DNA of 64,000 bases, taken from NCBI GenBank assembly GCA_910584635.1, contig CAJUBA010000001.1, forward strand, positions 330,520 to 394,519, given 5' to 3'. The position numbers and the translations under genes were made by a program. Shown one piece after another: positions 11,333-21,060 of the stretch. The notes under the pieces were generated by a model. It was not told the DNA's origin and did no database searches. It saw nothing but the letters and a program-made list of their open reading frames with translations. The DNA comes from an uncultured Christensenella sp. (GTDB taxonomy: Bacteria; Bacillota; Clostridia; Christensenellales; UBA3700). Positions within the stretch are counted from its first letter, which is position 1; the number at the start of each line of letters is the position of its first letter.

Positions 11333-11917
11333 TTAATTTTCGCACAGTTTTGCCACAACTTCGGGCAGTAGTTTATGCTCCTGTTCAAGTACTCTCGCCT
11401 GTAACGATTCGGGAGTATCCCCCTCTTCGACAGGAACTCTGACCTGTTTTATTATTTGACCGGTATCCGCGCCGTGGTCCACGTAATGCACCGTACAGCC
11501 GCTAACGCTGTCCCCGCTTTCTATCACTGATTTATGCACTTTGATTCCGTACATACCTTTACCGCAGTGATTGGGAATAAGGGAGGGGTGAATATTGATG
11601 ATTCGTCCTTCGTATTTGTCGACAAGAATAGGCGTAACTATCGCAAGATATCCGGCAAGCACAATCAAATCGATATTGTACGGTTTGAGATATTCCACTA
11701 TCGCCAAATCTCTATCTTCGTTATTTTTATAATCGCTCAAAGAAAAAGTCTTGAAATCAATAGAATGTTTCTTTGCTCTTTCTATAGCGAAAATATCATG
11801 TTTATTTGTTACGAGCGCAACTACTTCGCCGTTTACCTGTCCGCTCAAAGTCGCGTCTACCACAGATTGCATATCGCTTCCGCTTCCCGACGCGAATATC
11901 GCTATTTTCTTTTTCAT
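11333..11917 (-). CDS. purN: phosphoribosylglycinamide formyltransferase
   Basis: 194 aa. Motifs [11 protein letters not shown] and [10 protein letters not shown]. Confidence 0.9.
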   Translation of the reverse strand: MKKKIAIFASGSGSDMQSVVDATLSGQVNGEVVALVTNKHDIFAIERAKKHSIDFKTFSLSDYKNNEDRDLAIVEYLKPYNIDLIVLAGYLAIVTPILVDKYEGRIINIHPSLIPNHCGKGMYGIKVHKSVIESGDSVSGCTVHYVDHGADTGQIIKQVRVPVEEGDTPESLQARVLEQEHKLLPEVVAKLCEN

Positions 11918-11983
11918 TAGACTACCCGATACCGTTTTACAAAACCGATACGCCCTGCAATCGCAAGACGTACCGTTACGTTT

Positions 11984-13003
11984 TTATAATTCTACTTCTC
12001 CCGCTTTATCGGTTACTTCGCCGATAACGTAAGCGCTCTCGCCCATAGCGTTCAATTCGTCGACCACCGAATTAGCGATAGACTTATCTACAGCCAAAAC
12101 CATACCGATACCCATATTGAAAGTGTTGCACATCTTGCGGTCGTCAATGCCCGCGATTTCTTGCAACGCTTTGAATATTTTCGGAAGCGGGTAACTTGCT
12201 CTGTCGATTTTCACTCCCATTCCCGCGGGAATTATTCTCGGTACGTTTTCAATAAAGCCTCCGCCCGTAATATGAGCGATACCTTTTATCTGGAACTTTT
12301 CTATCAAAGCCAAAATTGTTTTTACGTAAATTTTCGTCGGCGTAAGAACGAGTTCGGCAGGAGTGCAACCCAAAGTCGGATTGAACTTATTAAGGCTATC
12401 TTTATCCTCTCCGAAAAGTTTTCTTACAAGAGAGTAACCGTTGCTGTGAATACCGCTTGACGCGATACCTATAAGACTGTCGCCCACTTTGATAGTTTTG
12501 CCGTTTATTATCTTATTCTTTTTGACGATACCGACCGCAAAACCTGCTATGTCGTATTCGTCTTGAGCGTAGAAGCCGGGCATTTCCGCAGTTTCTCCGC
12601 CAATAAGAGCGCAACCGGACTGACGGCATCCCTCGCTTACGCCTTTTACTATTTCCGCAACTTTTTCAGGCACGAGTTTGGAAAGCGCGATATAGTCCAA
12701 GAAAAGCAAAGGTTTTGCCCCTTGACAAACAATATCGTTTACGCACATTGCAACGGCGTCTATGCCTATCGTATCGTGCTTGTCCAATACGAAAGCGTAT
12801 TTGAGTTTTGTTCCGACTCCGTCTGTGCCTGCAACCAAGCAATCGCTGTCTTCTTTATCGCCCAAAGCGTAAAACCCGCCAAAACTTCCCAAATCGCCCA
12901 AAACGTTGTCATTATAGGTAGTTTTGACATATTCTTTCATCAATTTGACCGCTTTGTATCCCGCCTCTACGTCTACTCCCGCAGACTTGTAATCTATTGC
13001 CAT
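11984..13003 (-). CDS. purM: phosphoribosylformylglycinamidine cyclo-ligase (AIR synthetase)
   Basis: 339 aa. Motifs [11 protein letters not shown] and DGVGTKL. Confidence 0.95.
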   Translation of the reverse strand: MAIDYKSAGVDVEAGYKAVKLMKEYVKTTYNDNVLGDLGSFGGFYALGDKEDSDCLVAGTDGVGTKLKYAFVLDKHDTIGIDAVAMCVNDIVCQGAKPLLFLDYIALSKLVPEKVAEIVKGVSEGCRQSGCALIGGETAEMPGFYAQDEYDIAGFAVGIVKKNKIINGKTIKVGDSLIGIASSGIHSNGYSLVRKLFGEDKDSLNKFNPTLGCTPAELVLTPTKIYVKTILALIEKFQIKGIAHITGGGFIENVPRIIPAGMGVKIDRASYPLPKIFKALQEIAGIDDRKMCNTFNMGIGMVLAVDKSIANSVVDELNAMGESAYVIGEVTDKAGEVEL

Positions 13004-13032
13004 TTTATTTCTCCTGTTTGTATTGTATGGAA

Positions 13033-13752
13033 TTACTTTGAAAGTCCCATTCTCTTCATCATCTCTCTATAACCCTTATCGACGTCGTCCATATCTCTTC
13101 TGAATCTGTCTTTATCGAGTTTCTCTCCCGTCTTCGCATCCCAGAAACGGCAAGTATCCGGAGAAATTTCGTCCGCAAGGATTATATCGCCTTTGAATCT
13201 TCCGAATTCGAGTTTGAAGTCGATAAGTTCGACGCCTATTTCGGAAAAATAACTCTTCATAAAATCGTTTACCTTGAAAGCCAAAGTTTTGATTTTTTCG
13301 ATTTCCTCTTTAGTTGCGAGATTAAGCGCCAACGCGTGATATTCGTTGATAAGCGGATCTCCGAGGTCGTCGTTTTTATAACTGAATTCGATTACCGTAG
13401 TGGAAAGCGCCGTTCCTTCGGCTACTCCGTATCTCTTAGAAAAAGAACCCGCCGCTCTGTTGCGGATAATAACTTCGAGAGGTACGATTTCAACTTTCTT
13501 AACGTAAGTTTCTCTCTCGTTGATTTCTTCCACGTAATGAGTAGGAATACCCTTCTCTTCCAAAAGTCTGAACATGTGATTGCTGCATACGTTGTTTACA
13601 ACTCCCTTTCCGAGAATCGTACCTTTTTTAAGTCCGTTAAACGCAGTCGCGTCGTCTTTGTAAGATACCAAAACGATGTCTTCGTCCGTGGTTGCGTAAA
13701 CTCTTTTTGCCTTGCCTTCGTAAAGTTGAACGGTCTTTTCCATAATAATCAA
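13033..13752 (-). CDS. purC: SAICAR synthase
   Basis: 239 aa. Motifs [10 protein letters not shown] and DTCRFWD. The start could instead be the 4th codon (13743). Confidence 0.9.
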   Translation of the reverse strand: MIIMEKTVQLYEGKAKRVYATTDEDIVLVSYKDDATAFNGLKKGTILGKGVVNNVCSNHMFRLLEEKGIPTHYVEEINERETYVKKVEIVPLEVIIRNRAAGSFSKRYGVAEGTALSTTVIEFSYKNDDLGDPLINEYHALALNLATKEEIEKIKTLAFKVNDFMKSYFSEIGVELIDFKLEFGRFKGDIILADEISPDTCRFWDAKTGEKLDKDRFRRDMDDVDKGYREMMKRMGLSK

Positions 13753-14240
13753 TTTAACTCCTTTTGTAGTTTTTCATCGTCGTTTTTAATTTTTTCTGCC
13801 ATATTATTTTTATAATCTTGCATTTTTTTCATAAGGTTGGGATATTTTATCGAAAGGATTTGTATCGCAAGAAGTCCTGCGTTCAAACCGCCGTTGATAG
13901 CCACGCAAGCCACAGGTATACCGGAAGGCATCTGCACCATTGAAAGCAAAGAATCCAATCCGTCCATAGTAGAACTTTTTACAGGAAGTCCTATTACGGG
14001 CAACGGCGTATACGCCGCTATTACTCCTCCGAGATGCGCTGCTTTTCCCGCTGCGCAGATGATAACTTCGATATTGTTTTCGATAGCGTTTTCGGCGAAA
14101 TCATGCGCCATTTGAGGAGTGCGGTGAGCGGAAATAACTCTCACTTCGGTTTCCACGTCGAATTTCTTCAAAACGTCGATTGCCGGCTTTACCGTTTCAA
14201 GGTCGCTTACGCTTCCCATAATTATTGCTACTTTCGGCAT
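13749..14240 (-). CDS. purE: 5-(carboxyamino)imidazole ribonucleotide mutase
   Basis: 163 aa. Motifs [10 protein letters not shown] and SAHRTP. It is the first gene of the minus-strand pur operon. Confidence 0.9.
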   Translation of the reverse strand: MPKVAIIMGSVSDLETVKPAIDVLKKFDVETEVRVISAHRTPQMAHDFAENAIENNIEVIICAAGKAAHLGGVIAAYTPLPVIGLPVKSSTMDGLDSLLSMVQMPSGIPVACVAINGGLNAGLLAIQILSIKYPNLMKKMQDYKNNMAEKIKNDDEKLQKELN

Positions 14241-14410
14241 ATTTGCTAATCTCCTTAAAGATAAAAAATATTAAAAAATTACACTAACATATTAACATAA
14301 CCGTATAATCAAATGCAAGGGTTTTCCGCAGGAATTTACTCCGATAATTTCCATCACATTTTGTACCGTCATAAAATTATATAGACATTACGGTTTTTCC
14401 CGTCAAAATG

Positions 14411-14496
14411 TTATCAACATACGCAAAATACCTGTAATATCGACAATTTGGCGAGTTATCCACATAGTTATCCACATTAAGCGATAGTTATCCACA
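14411..14496 (+). promoter_or_regulatory. DnaA-box cluster (3 perfect copies plus one 8/9 copy)
   Basis: TTATCCACA occurs at 14456-14464, 14468-14476 and 14488-14496. TTATCAACA occurs at 14411-14419. All four share one orientation and lie in the 487-bp icd/purE spacer. Confidence 0.6.
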
Positions 14497-14688
14497 AGAG
14501 TCAATAGGCAATTTTTGTCGATTTATGTCGGTTAAAAATTAGACATTTTCTTTCTAAGAGTTAAATTATATGGACAATATAGTATAGTTTGACTTGTAAA
14601 AAGTTCAAAAAAATCATAAAAACAACTCTCAAATAAAAGAGTTATTATAAAACGATATTACCGTTGGTATCTTCTGTAAACATTAAAG

Positions 14689-14712
14689 AACGGCGCGTCG
14701 ATACGCGCCGTT
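14689..14712 (-). terminator. hairpin terminator downstream of icd
   Basis: AACGGCGCG-tcgata-CGCGCCGTT is a 9-bp GC-rich stem 16 nt after the icd stop. It is followed on the minus strand by TTCTTTAATG. Confidence 0.6.
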
Positions 14713-14727
14713 AAATAATTCCAAATA

Positions 14728-15930
14728 TTAAGCCAATTTTTCCGCTATCTTTTTAAGGAAATCTACCGTATTTAATTTGACCACGCTCGCTTCGCCTTTA
14801 TAAATCGCAGCCAAATCTCCCGTCATAAATCCACCTTCTATAGTGTCAACTGTCGCTTTTTCAAGTTTATCCGCAAATTCAACCAAAGCGTTTATTCCGT
14901 CCAACTGCCCTCTCTTTCTCAATCCGCCGCTCCACGCATAAATCGTAGCCACCGGATTAGTAGACGTATCTTCGCCTTTAAGGAACTTGTAATAATGCCT
15001 TGTAACCGTTCCGTGAGCCGCTTCGTACTCGTAATTACCGTCGGGCGAAACCAATACGGACGTCATCATAGCAAGTGAGCCGAACGCGGTAGCGACCATA
15101 TCGCTCATAACGTCTCCGTCATAATTTTTGCACGCCCATATCATACCGCCCTCGGATCTTACTACTCTTGCTACAGCGTCGTCGATAAGCGTATAGAAAT
15201 ACTCTATATTCGCTTCTTGGAACTTGCTTTTATATTCGCTTTCAAATACGGAAGCGAATATATCCTTAAATCTATGGTCGTAAGTCTTGGAAATCGTATC
15301 TTTTGTGGCAAACCAAAGAGATTGACGGGTATCAAGCGCGTAGTTAAAACAACTTTTTGCGAAAGAGGTAATACTTTTATCGGTATTATGCATACCCATA
15401 ACCACTCCGCCCGACTTTGCAAAGTCGAAAATTTCAATTTCACGTCTTCCATCGGCGTCTTCGATTACCAACTTCGCCTTACCGTCTTTTTTCACGTACC
15501 CTTCTACGTCTTTATATATATCTCCGTAAGCATGACGCGCTATCGTAATAGGTTTAGTCCAGGTAGGGATATACGGAGTAATACCCTTTACCATAATCGG
15601 CGCTCTGAAAACCGTACCGTCTAAAATCGCCCTGACAGTTCCGTTCGGGCTTTTCCACATCTGAGTAAGATTATACTCCTTAACTCTTTGAGCGTTTGGA
15701 GTTATTGTCGCGCATTTAACGCCTACGCCGTATTTTTTTATAGCGTTTGCAGAATCGACAGTTACCTTATCGCAAGTTTTTTCTCTGTTTGCGAGTCCCA
15801 AATCATAATACTCGCTCTTCAAATCAACGTTAGGCAATATAAGTATATCTTTTATCCATTGCCAAATATGTCTTGTCATTTCATCGCCGTCAAGTTCGAC
15901 AATTGGCGTAGTCATCTTGATTTTTTCCAT
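14728..15930 (-). CDS. icd: NADP-dependent isocitrate dehydrogenase (about 400 aa, eukaryote-like subfamily)
   Basis: 400 aa. The N-terminus [15 protein letters not shown] is typical of the IDH1/2-like subfamily. Confidence 0.9.
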   Translation of the reverse strand: MEKIKMTTPIVELDGDEMTRHIWQWIKDILILPNVDLKSEYYDLGLANREKTCDKVTVDSANAIKKYGVGVKCATITPNAQRVKEYNLTQMWKSPNGTVRAILDGTVFRAPIMVKGITPYIPTWTKPITIARHAYGDIYKDVEGYVKKDGKAKLVIEDADGRREIEIFDFAKSGGVVMGMHNTDKSITSFAKSCFNYALDTRQSLWFATKDTISKTYDHRFKDIFASVFESEYKSKFQEANIEYFYTLIDDAVARVVRSEGGMIWACKNYDGDVMSDMVATAFGSLAMMTSVLVSPDGNYEYEAAHGTVTRHYYKFLKGEDTSTNPVATIYAWSGGLRKRGQLDGINALVEFADKLEKATVDTIEGGFMTGDLAAIYKGEASVVKLNTVDFLKKIAEKLA

Positions 15931-16039
15931 AAACCGTACTCCAAAATAATTCCGACCGTCATTATTTCTAAACAGTTTTAATGATACTTATTGTATTTAT
16001 AATATAAAACTGTTAAAATATCGGAAAATTACTTTTTGA

Positions 16040-17179
16040 TTATACATTTTTTATGGAAGTTTTGCAAGCGTTTGCGCCGCTGTTGGCGTAATATTGCAAA
16101 ACCTTTGAAGTATATTGACAGTCCTTCCTCTCCTTAAAGTCCTTTATCGCCTCTTCCACCGTTATACTAATCACGTCTTTTAATCGCAAATCCCTATCTT
16201 CGTACAAATAACCAGCAAGCGACCCCGGTATGGTGTTTATTTCATTGAGATATATCTCCCCGTTTGAATTGTCCAACATAAAATCGCACCGTATTATACC
16301 TTTACATTCAAGAGCGTTGTAAAGTTTTACGGTCATATTCTGTATTTTCTTAGCGTCGTTTTCGCATATTTCGGCAGGAAAGATTCGTTTAGCGGAAGTT
16401 TTCGATACTTTTCCTCCGCCTGACATATATTTGTCCTCGAAAGTTAAAAACTCCTGCCAGCCTACCGGCTCTTCCAAAGTAGACGGATATACTTTATCCT
16501 TACTTTTGATACACGCGCAATTTATTTCTTTGAAATCCGTCAACGCCTTCTCTATAACGACTTTTTTATCATAGATAAAAGCAATTTTAAGATTGTTTTC
16601 CAACTCTTCTTGGTTTTTACATATTGAAATACCTATAGACGAGCCTTGCTTTGCGGGTTTTACTATAAGAGGAAATCCTATTCTTGCGACAATTTTATCT
16701 AGATTTTCGCTATTCTCCCCCTCATACACGGTACCGTACGGAAGCGTAGGCAATGACAGTCTTTTGCAAAACATCTTACAAACTGACTTATCCATGCCTA
16801 TCGCGCTGGCAAGCACTCCGGGCGAAGTATAAGGAATTCCGTTAACTTCCAAAAAGCCTTGCAGAGCGCCGTTTTCTCCCGCTCCTCCGTGAGTACACAA
16901 AAGAGCGCAATCTAAATCCGCAACCTTTTTAATTTTGTTTTTCTTCATAACGTATAGACAGCCTTGATCGACAATCGCTTTTTTGCCGACAACCCCGTCT
17001 TGTTGTGAATAACTCTTAATATCAACGGGATTTTCAGGAATATAAAATCCGTCTTTCCAAAATAAGGAATAGAGTTTATATTTTGTTTTATCGACCGCCT
17101 CCAACGCTTGCATTGCAGTTATTATAGATATGTCTTTTTCACAGGAATTTCCGCCGTAAATAATAGCCAGATTTTTCAA
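16040..17179 (-). CDS. ddl: D-alanine--D-alanine ligase
   Basis: 379 aa. Motifs LAIIYGGNSCEKDIS, HGGAGENGALQG, PLIVKPAKQGSSIG and EINTIPG. Confidence 0.9.
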   Translation of the reverse strand: MKNLAIIYGGNSCEKDISIITAMQALEAVDKTKYKLYSLFWKDGFYIPENPVDIKSYSQQDGVVGKKAIVDQGCLYVMKKNKIKKVADLDCALLCTHGGAGENGALQGFLEVNGIPYTSPGVLASAIGMDKSVCKMFCKRLSLPTLPYGTVYEGENSENLDKIVARIGFPLIVKPAKQGSSIGISICKNQEELENNLKIAFIYDKKVVIEKALTDFKEINCACIKSKDKVYPSTLEEPVGWQEFLTFEDKYMSGGGKVSKTSAKRIFPAEICENDAKKIQNMTVKLYNALECKGIIRCDFMLDNSNGEIYLNEINTIPGSLAGYLYEDRDLRLKDVISITVEEAIKDFKERKDCQYTSKVLQYYANSGANACKTSIKNV

Positions 17180-17222
17180 TTTATACCTCCGAAAATTTTA
17201 TTCAAATTCCATTGAACATTGT

Positions 17223-18842
17223 TCAATAATTATCGGGCAAATCATTTTGCAAAAGCAAAACGTCGCCTTTTTTGAGCATTGCGGTAAATAAATTTTTTGC
17301 GTCGTCTAAATGGGTTACGGTATAAATATTCTTATCACAATACCCTTCCGACAACATCCCCAGTCTGATATTTTCTTTATTTACACCTATTAGAATAGCG
17401 ATATCGGCTACCAAAGCAATACTCTCTCCCAACTCAAAATTTGCTTTTTCCTGCCCGGCGCCCATCTCCACTAAGCCTTGAGTTGCAACAATTTTCCTAC
17501 CTTTGAATAGTTTTAAGGTTTCCAACGCAAGTTTTGCCCCTTCTTCATTGCTATTGTAACTGTCGTCTATTATTGTAATTCCGCTAGGCAGTTCTATCGT
17601 TTGAAGCCTATGTTCGATTGGCGTAAGCATATTTATTCCCTTAGATATTTGAACAATGTTCAATCCTAATTCGGTCGCCAACGCGACACAAAGCAATATA
17701 TTGTTCAAATTATGCTTGCCAATCAATTTGCATACGCAATCTTTTTTCTCCTCTCCAATATGCAAAACAAACTTTAATCCTTCGCTATCGCATTTCACGT
17801 CGCTCACTTTTATCTCTTTTTTATATTTGCTTGCGCATAAAAATTCTTCGGTAGACAGACATATTTTCTCGCTCGCCTTACTCTCTTCAAACATCTTCTT
17901 AGAGTATTTGTTGTCTGCGCAAAATACAGTTACTCCGCCGTTTAGACCGTCTATATAATCGGACAACTCTTTTTTTGTAGCATAAATATTTTCTTTACTT
18001 TTGAAAGTCGCTAAGTGTTGAGAACCCACGCCGGTAATAATTCCGTATTGCGGTTTGACTATATCGCAAAGTTCGGCAATGTCCCCTTGTTTTCTAGCGC
18101 CCATCTCCGCCACAAATATTTCGCAATCCTCCGGAAGTTGTTTGACTGCGCGGCATATCCCCAAAGGCGTATTATAATTACTTGGAGTACAATACGTCTT
18201 ATACTCTTGATTAAGTATTGTAGTCAAAACGTTTTTTACAGTAGTTTTTGCGAAACTTCCCGTAATCCCGATTTTTATCATGCTCTTTCGATTTTCCAGA
18301 TTCAACTTACATTCTTTAATAAATTTATTCGCTATGCGTCGCTCTATCGGCTTATTCAAAACTATTGAAAACGCCGCTATATTAGGAAGCAACGCAAATG
18401 GCAGCGGAATAAATATAAAACTCAACATTACAGCGTTTATCTTAATCATACTGCCCGCAAAAGCCGTTGCCGAAAGAAATAATAACGTAACAAAAGAATA
18501 AACCGCTACAAGTCTTTTTGCTCTTGCCGTATATACCAACGGCTGATGGGTACACTTGTCGCTCTCATCGGTTAAACTCACTAGAAGCGCTATAAGATAT
18601 AATCCCTGAACGACCAATTGAACATAAAAACTGCCTATCGATACGGCAATAAATGAAAAAATTGCATTGCAAAGAGTAATGCATATTGCAGAACCCCAAA
18701 GTTTCCGCTTTATACTCTTCATTTTGCGAGAATTAACTACTTTATAGCCTTCCAACTGTACAAGATTGACTATTCTAAGCGACAAAACTATTGTAAGTAT
18801 CCAAAATACCGACACCGTCGCGATAATTACGCCTATTTGCAT
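17223..18842 (-). CDS. murF: MurF-type Mur ligase (UDP-MurNAc-tripeptide--D-Ala-D-Ala ligase) with a hydrophobic N-terminal domain
   Basis: Residues from about 185 carry MurF hallmarks: GITGSFAKTT, NYNTPLG, AEMGARKQGDI, GKHNLNN and IDDSYNSN. The first 170 aa or so are 4-5 hydrophobic helices. The gene sits directly downstream of ddl. Confidence 0.7.
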   Translation of the reverse strand: MQIGVIIATVSVFWILTIVLSLRIVNLVQLEGYKVVNSRKMKSIKRKLWGSAICITLCNAIFSFIAVSIGSFYVQLVVQGLYLIALLVSLTDESDKCTHQPLVYTARAKRLVAVYSFVTLLFLSATAFAGSMIKINAVMLSFIFIPLPFALLPNIAAFSIVLNKPIERRIANKFIKECKLNLENRKSMIKIGITGSFAKTTVKNVLTTILNQEYKTYCTPSNYNTPLGICRAVKQLPEDCEIFVAEMGARKQGDIAELCDIVKPQYGIITGVGSQHLATFKSKENIYATKKELSDYIDGLNGGVTVFCADNKYSKKMFEESKASEKICLSTEEFLCASKYKKEIKVSDVKCDSEGLKFVLHIGEEKKDCVCKLIGKHNLNNILLCVALATELGLNIVQISKGINMLTPIEHRLQTIELPSGITIIDDSYNSNEEGAKLALETLKLFKGRKIVATQGLVEMGAGQEKANFELGESIALVADIAILIGVNKENIRLGMLSEGYCDKNIYTVTHLDDAKNLFTAMLKKGDVLLLQNDLPDNY

Positions 18843-19483
18843 ATATCGTTAAAATAACTATCCAAAATTGCTAAAAATTGCGGGTAGCAATCTAGATAAC
18901 TATAATGTCCTCCTTCCAAAAAAATCAGCCCACTATTATATATGCCTCGCTTCAACCTCTTTGCCATATACGGAGGAGTATCTTTATCTTTCTTTCCCCA
19001 TATTATTAAAGTATCGCATTTAATATCTTTCAAATAATCGTCCAAATAAAAATTGACAATATTCTTAAAAGTCATCCGCATATCTCCGCTCAAAGCGCGA
19101 TAATCGGCAGAGCCGCACTTCGATGTATCCATTTTTAACCGTTTTTTTAGGTTATAGGTCAGTTTACGCGCGCTTCTTTTAATTGAAAACTTCGGGCGAA
19201 GTCCAGCGCTATCCACCAAAACAATACTCTTGATTTTATCGCAACGCGAAGCAAGCAAAATCGCCACGCGTCCGCCAAAAGAATGCCCAACCAAAATGAC
19301 ATTTTTCATTTGGTAATAATCTATAATCTCCTCCACTCCGTTTGCGTAATCTTCCAAAGTCAACACATTGGGCAAAACACTGTCTCCAAAACCGTAAAAA
19401 TCTAAAACGCTACACCTATACTCTTTCGAAAAAACATCGAAAGCGCCTTTGAAACTATCTATACTTCCGCCCCAACCGTGCAA
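18833..19483 (-). CDS. alpha/beta hydrolase (start uncertain; the frame stays open to 19579)
   Basis: HGWGGS oxyanion motif and GHSFGG nucleophile elbow. The track start is a TTG that cuts off the preceding beta strand (see findings). Confidence 0.7.
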   Translation of the reverse strand: MHGWGGSIDSFKGAFDVFSKEYRCSVLDFYGFGDSVLPNVLTLEDYANGVEEIIDYYQMKNVILVGHSFGGRVAILLASRCDKIKSIVLVDSAGLRPKFSIKRSARKLTYNLKKRLKMDTSKCGSADYRALSGDMRMTFKNIVNFYLDDYLKDIKCDTLIIWGKKDKDTPPYMAKRLKRGIYNSGLIFLEGGHYSYLDCYPQFLAILDSYFNDICK

Positions 19484-19680
19484 AAATATAATATCGGATC
19501 CCTGTCCTTGTATAATATGATTAAGGATAATAGCACCTCCAACATTAAAATATCGCGAAAATAAATTAAATTGCCGTATTTACGACAAAATTTACGCAAT
19601 ATAATACTAGATATGCTTTGAAACTATTAAAAATACCAAAAATATTCAAAATTTAACAAATTTTACAAACAAAACTGAAA

Positions 19681-20142
19681 TCAGTCAAAATTTCTCTTCC
19701 ACATTATAAGAGCGGCATCTTTTCCAAAATAATAATTTGAACGTCTACCTTCGACTTCAAAACCAAATTTCTTATATAGATTTATTGCAATCTCATTATT
19801 TTCATTGACTTCTAAAGTCAACGATTGCAAATTTCTGATTTTAGCAACGTTTATCATATCTTTCATTAAAAGATTTCCGATTCCCTTTCCTCTCTCTGAT
19901 TTTTTTACGGATAAATTATTGATTTCACCCTCTTCAAATACAACGTTAAAACTGTAAGAGCATATTGCTGTACCGTCTAATACCCCTACTCTTGCAACAA
20001 CGTTTTCTTTTCCTATCAAATCTCTCAACTGAGATTCAGACCAAGCGACGTCTATCGAATCTCTTTCTATAGCGTATATATCATTAATATATTCTTCCTT
20101 AAAATCGATAAATTCAATATTAGATTCATTATCAACTATCAT
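19681..20142 (-). CDS. rimI: GNAT acetyltransferase, probable ribosomal-protein-alanine N-acetyltransferase
   Basis: 153 aa. GNAT motif RGKGIG. Adjacent to tsaB, as in the canonical tsaE-tsaB-rimI arrangement. Confidence 0.8.
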   Translation of the reverse strand: MIVDNESNIEFIDFKEEYINDIYAIERDSIDVAWSESQLRDLIGKENVVARVGVLDGTAICSYSFNVVFEEGEINNLSVKKSERGKGIGNLLMKDMINVAKIRNLQSLTLEVNENNEIAINLYKKFGFEVEGRRSNYYFGKDAALIMWKRNFD

Positions 20143-20147
20143 AAGCG

Positions 20148-20750
20148 TTAATATCCTATTTTATCCATATTTTTATTATCATACTCACGTTCCGCTTGGG
20201 ATTTTTTGAGATATAGCGGAGAGAGTTTTTCAAACTCACCTTCATTGATTTTCACTTTTGCTATTTCTATCAAGGCAATTGGATTCGAAGGAGAATTTTT
20301 ATAAATCACGTTTTCTTTGCTTCTCAACTCATCCAAAGTAATTTCGCCCATTTCAATAGGATGCCTTTTCCCCGAAAGGAATCTGGCGTAATAAAAATTG
20401 TCATGCCTGCAATCTATGGCGCAATAAAAATCGTCAAACTTTTTTCCGTACGCTAATTCTTCCAAAGAAGTAATAGCCACACATTTTTTTCCAAGCGCAA
20501 ACGCCAAAGCATTGATTCCCGACACTCCTATCCTAATACCCGTAAATGAACCGGGACCGACTACGCAAGCAAAATAATCAACGTCGTTTATTGTAATTTT
20601 CGCCTCGTCCAGCAACTGATCTATCGCTTGCAAAAACATTGAATTGTGCTTTTTACTTTGCGCTTCGCCAATATAAGAAAACATTTCCTCTTCAACGCAA
20701 AGAGCAATCGTCATATTATCGCTTGAAGTATCGACCGCTAAAATATTCAT
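20148..20750 (-). CDS. tsaB: tRNA t6A37 biosynthesis protein TsaB
   Basis: MNILAVDTSS..GPGSFTGIRIG. The ATG at 20750 has an AAGGTG SD. The track start at 20759 is the GTG inside that SD. Confidence 0.85.
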   Translation of the reverse strand: MNILAVDTSSDNMTIALCVEEEMFSYIGEAQSKKHNSMFLQAIDQLLDEAKITINDVDYFACVVGPGSFTGIRIGVSGINALAFALGKKCVAITSLEELAYGKKFDDFYCAIDCRHDNFYYARFLSGKRHPIEMGEITLDELRSKENVIYKNSPSNPIALIEIAKVKINEGEFEKLSPLYLKKSQAEREYDNKNMDKIGY

Positions 20751-21060
20751 ATAAATCACCTTTATTTATATTTGCCGTATTTTTTGTTCTTAATTATCAT
20801 ATTTTACAGAATAATTCTATAAATCAAGATAATTAAGAAGTAAATTACTCTAATTGAGAAGTATTTTGAAATAATATTCCAAATACTTATTCAGTATTTA
20901 AGACAAGGGTTCTGCCACAATAGAAAAAAGTTTATTCAATCCTAATGCCTTACCTCTCTATCTACTGCCTAGAATACAGAACATTACCCTATCTTAAAAA
21001 AACTCTTTATATCTCTAACAACGACTATATTAATTAGATAAATAAATATCCTTATTTAAT

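Noticed and set aside
9763-11388. Long start codons given in the ORF track for purH (11388), the ABC ATPase (30574), tsaE (21594), tsaB (20759), and the XRE genes (43879, 59080)
   Set aside because: In each case a downstream ATG with a better SD coincides with the conserved family N-terminus. The longer forms overlap neighbouring genes or regulatory RNAs.
14241-14410. Purine or ZTP riboswitch in the purE leader
   Set aside because: I could not find the conserved cores (UAUAAU..AUAUGG..GUUUCUACC..CCGUAAAU for purine, or GGGUCGUGAC..CCGGGCGGA..CCGCCUGGGCA-like for ZTP) on the minus strand. Only short, non-diagnostic hairpins are present.
14411-14700. The DnaA-box cluster plus AT-rich tract as the chromosomal origin (oriC)
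   Set aside because: No dnaA, dnaN or rpmH is nearby. Genes on both sides (purE operon, icd, ddl, murF) are all on the minus strand, so there is no leading-strand orientation switch. I found no clear DnaA-trio array. The idea is kept as a secondary-cluster or regulatory hypothesis, pending GC-skew analysis of the whole genome.
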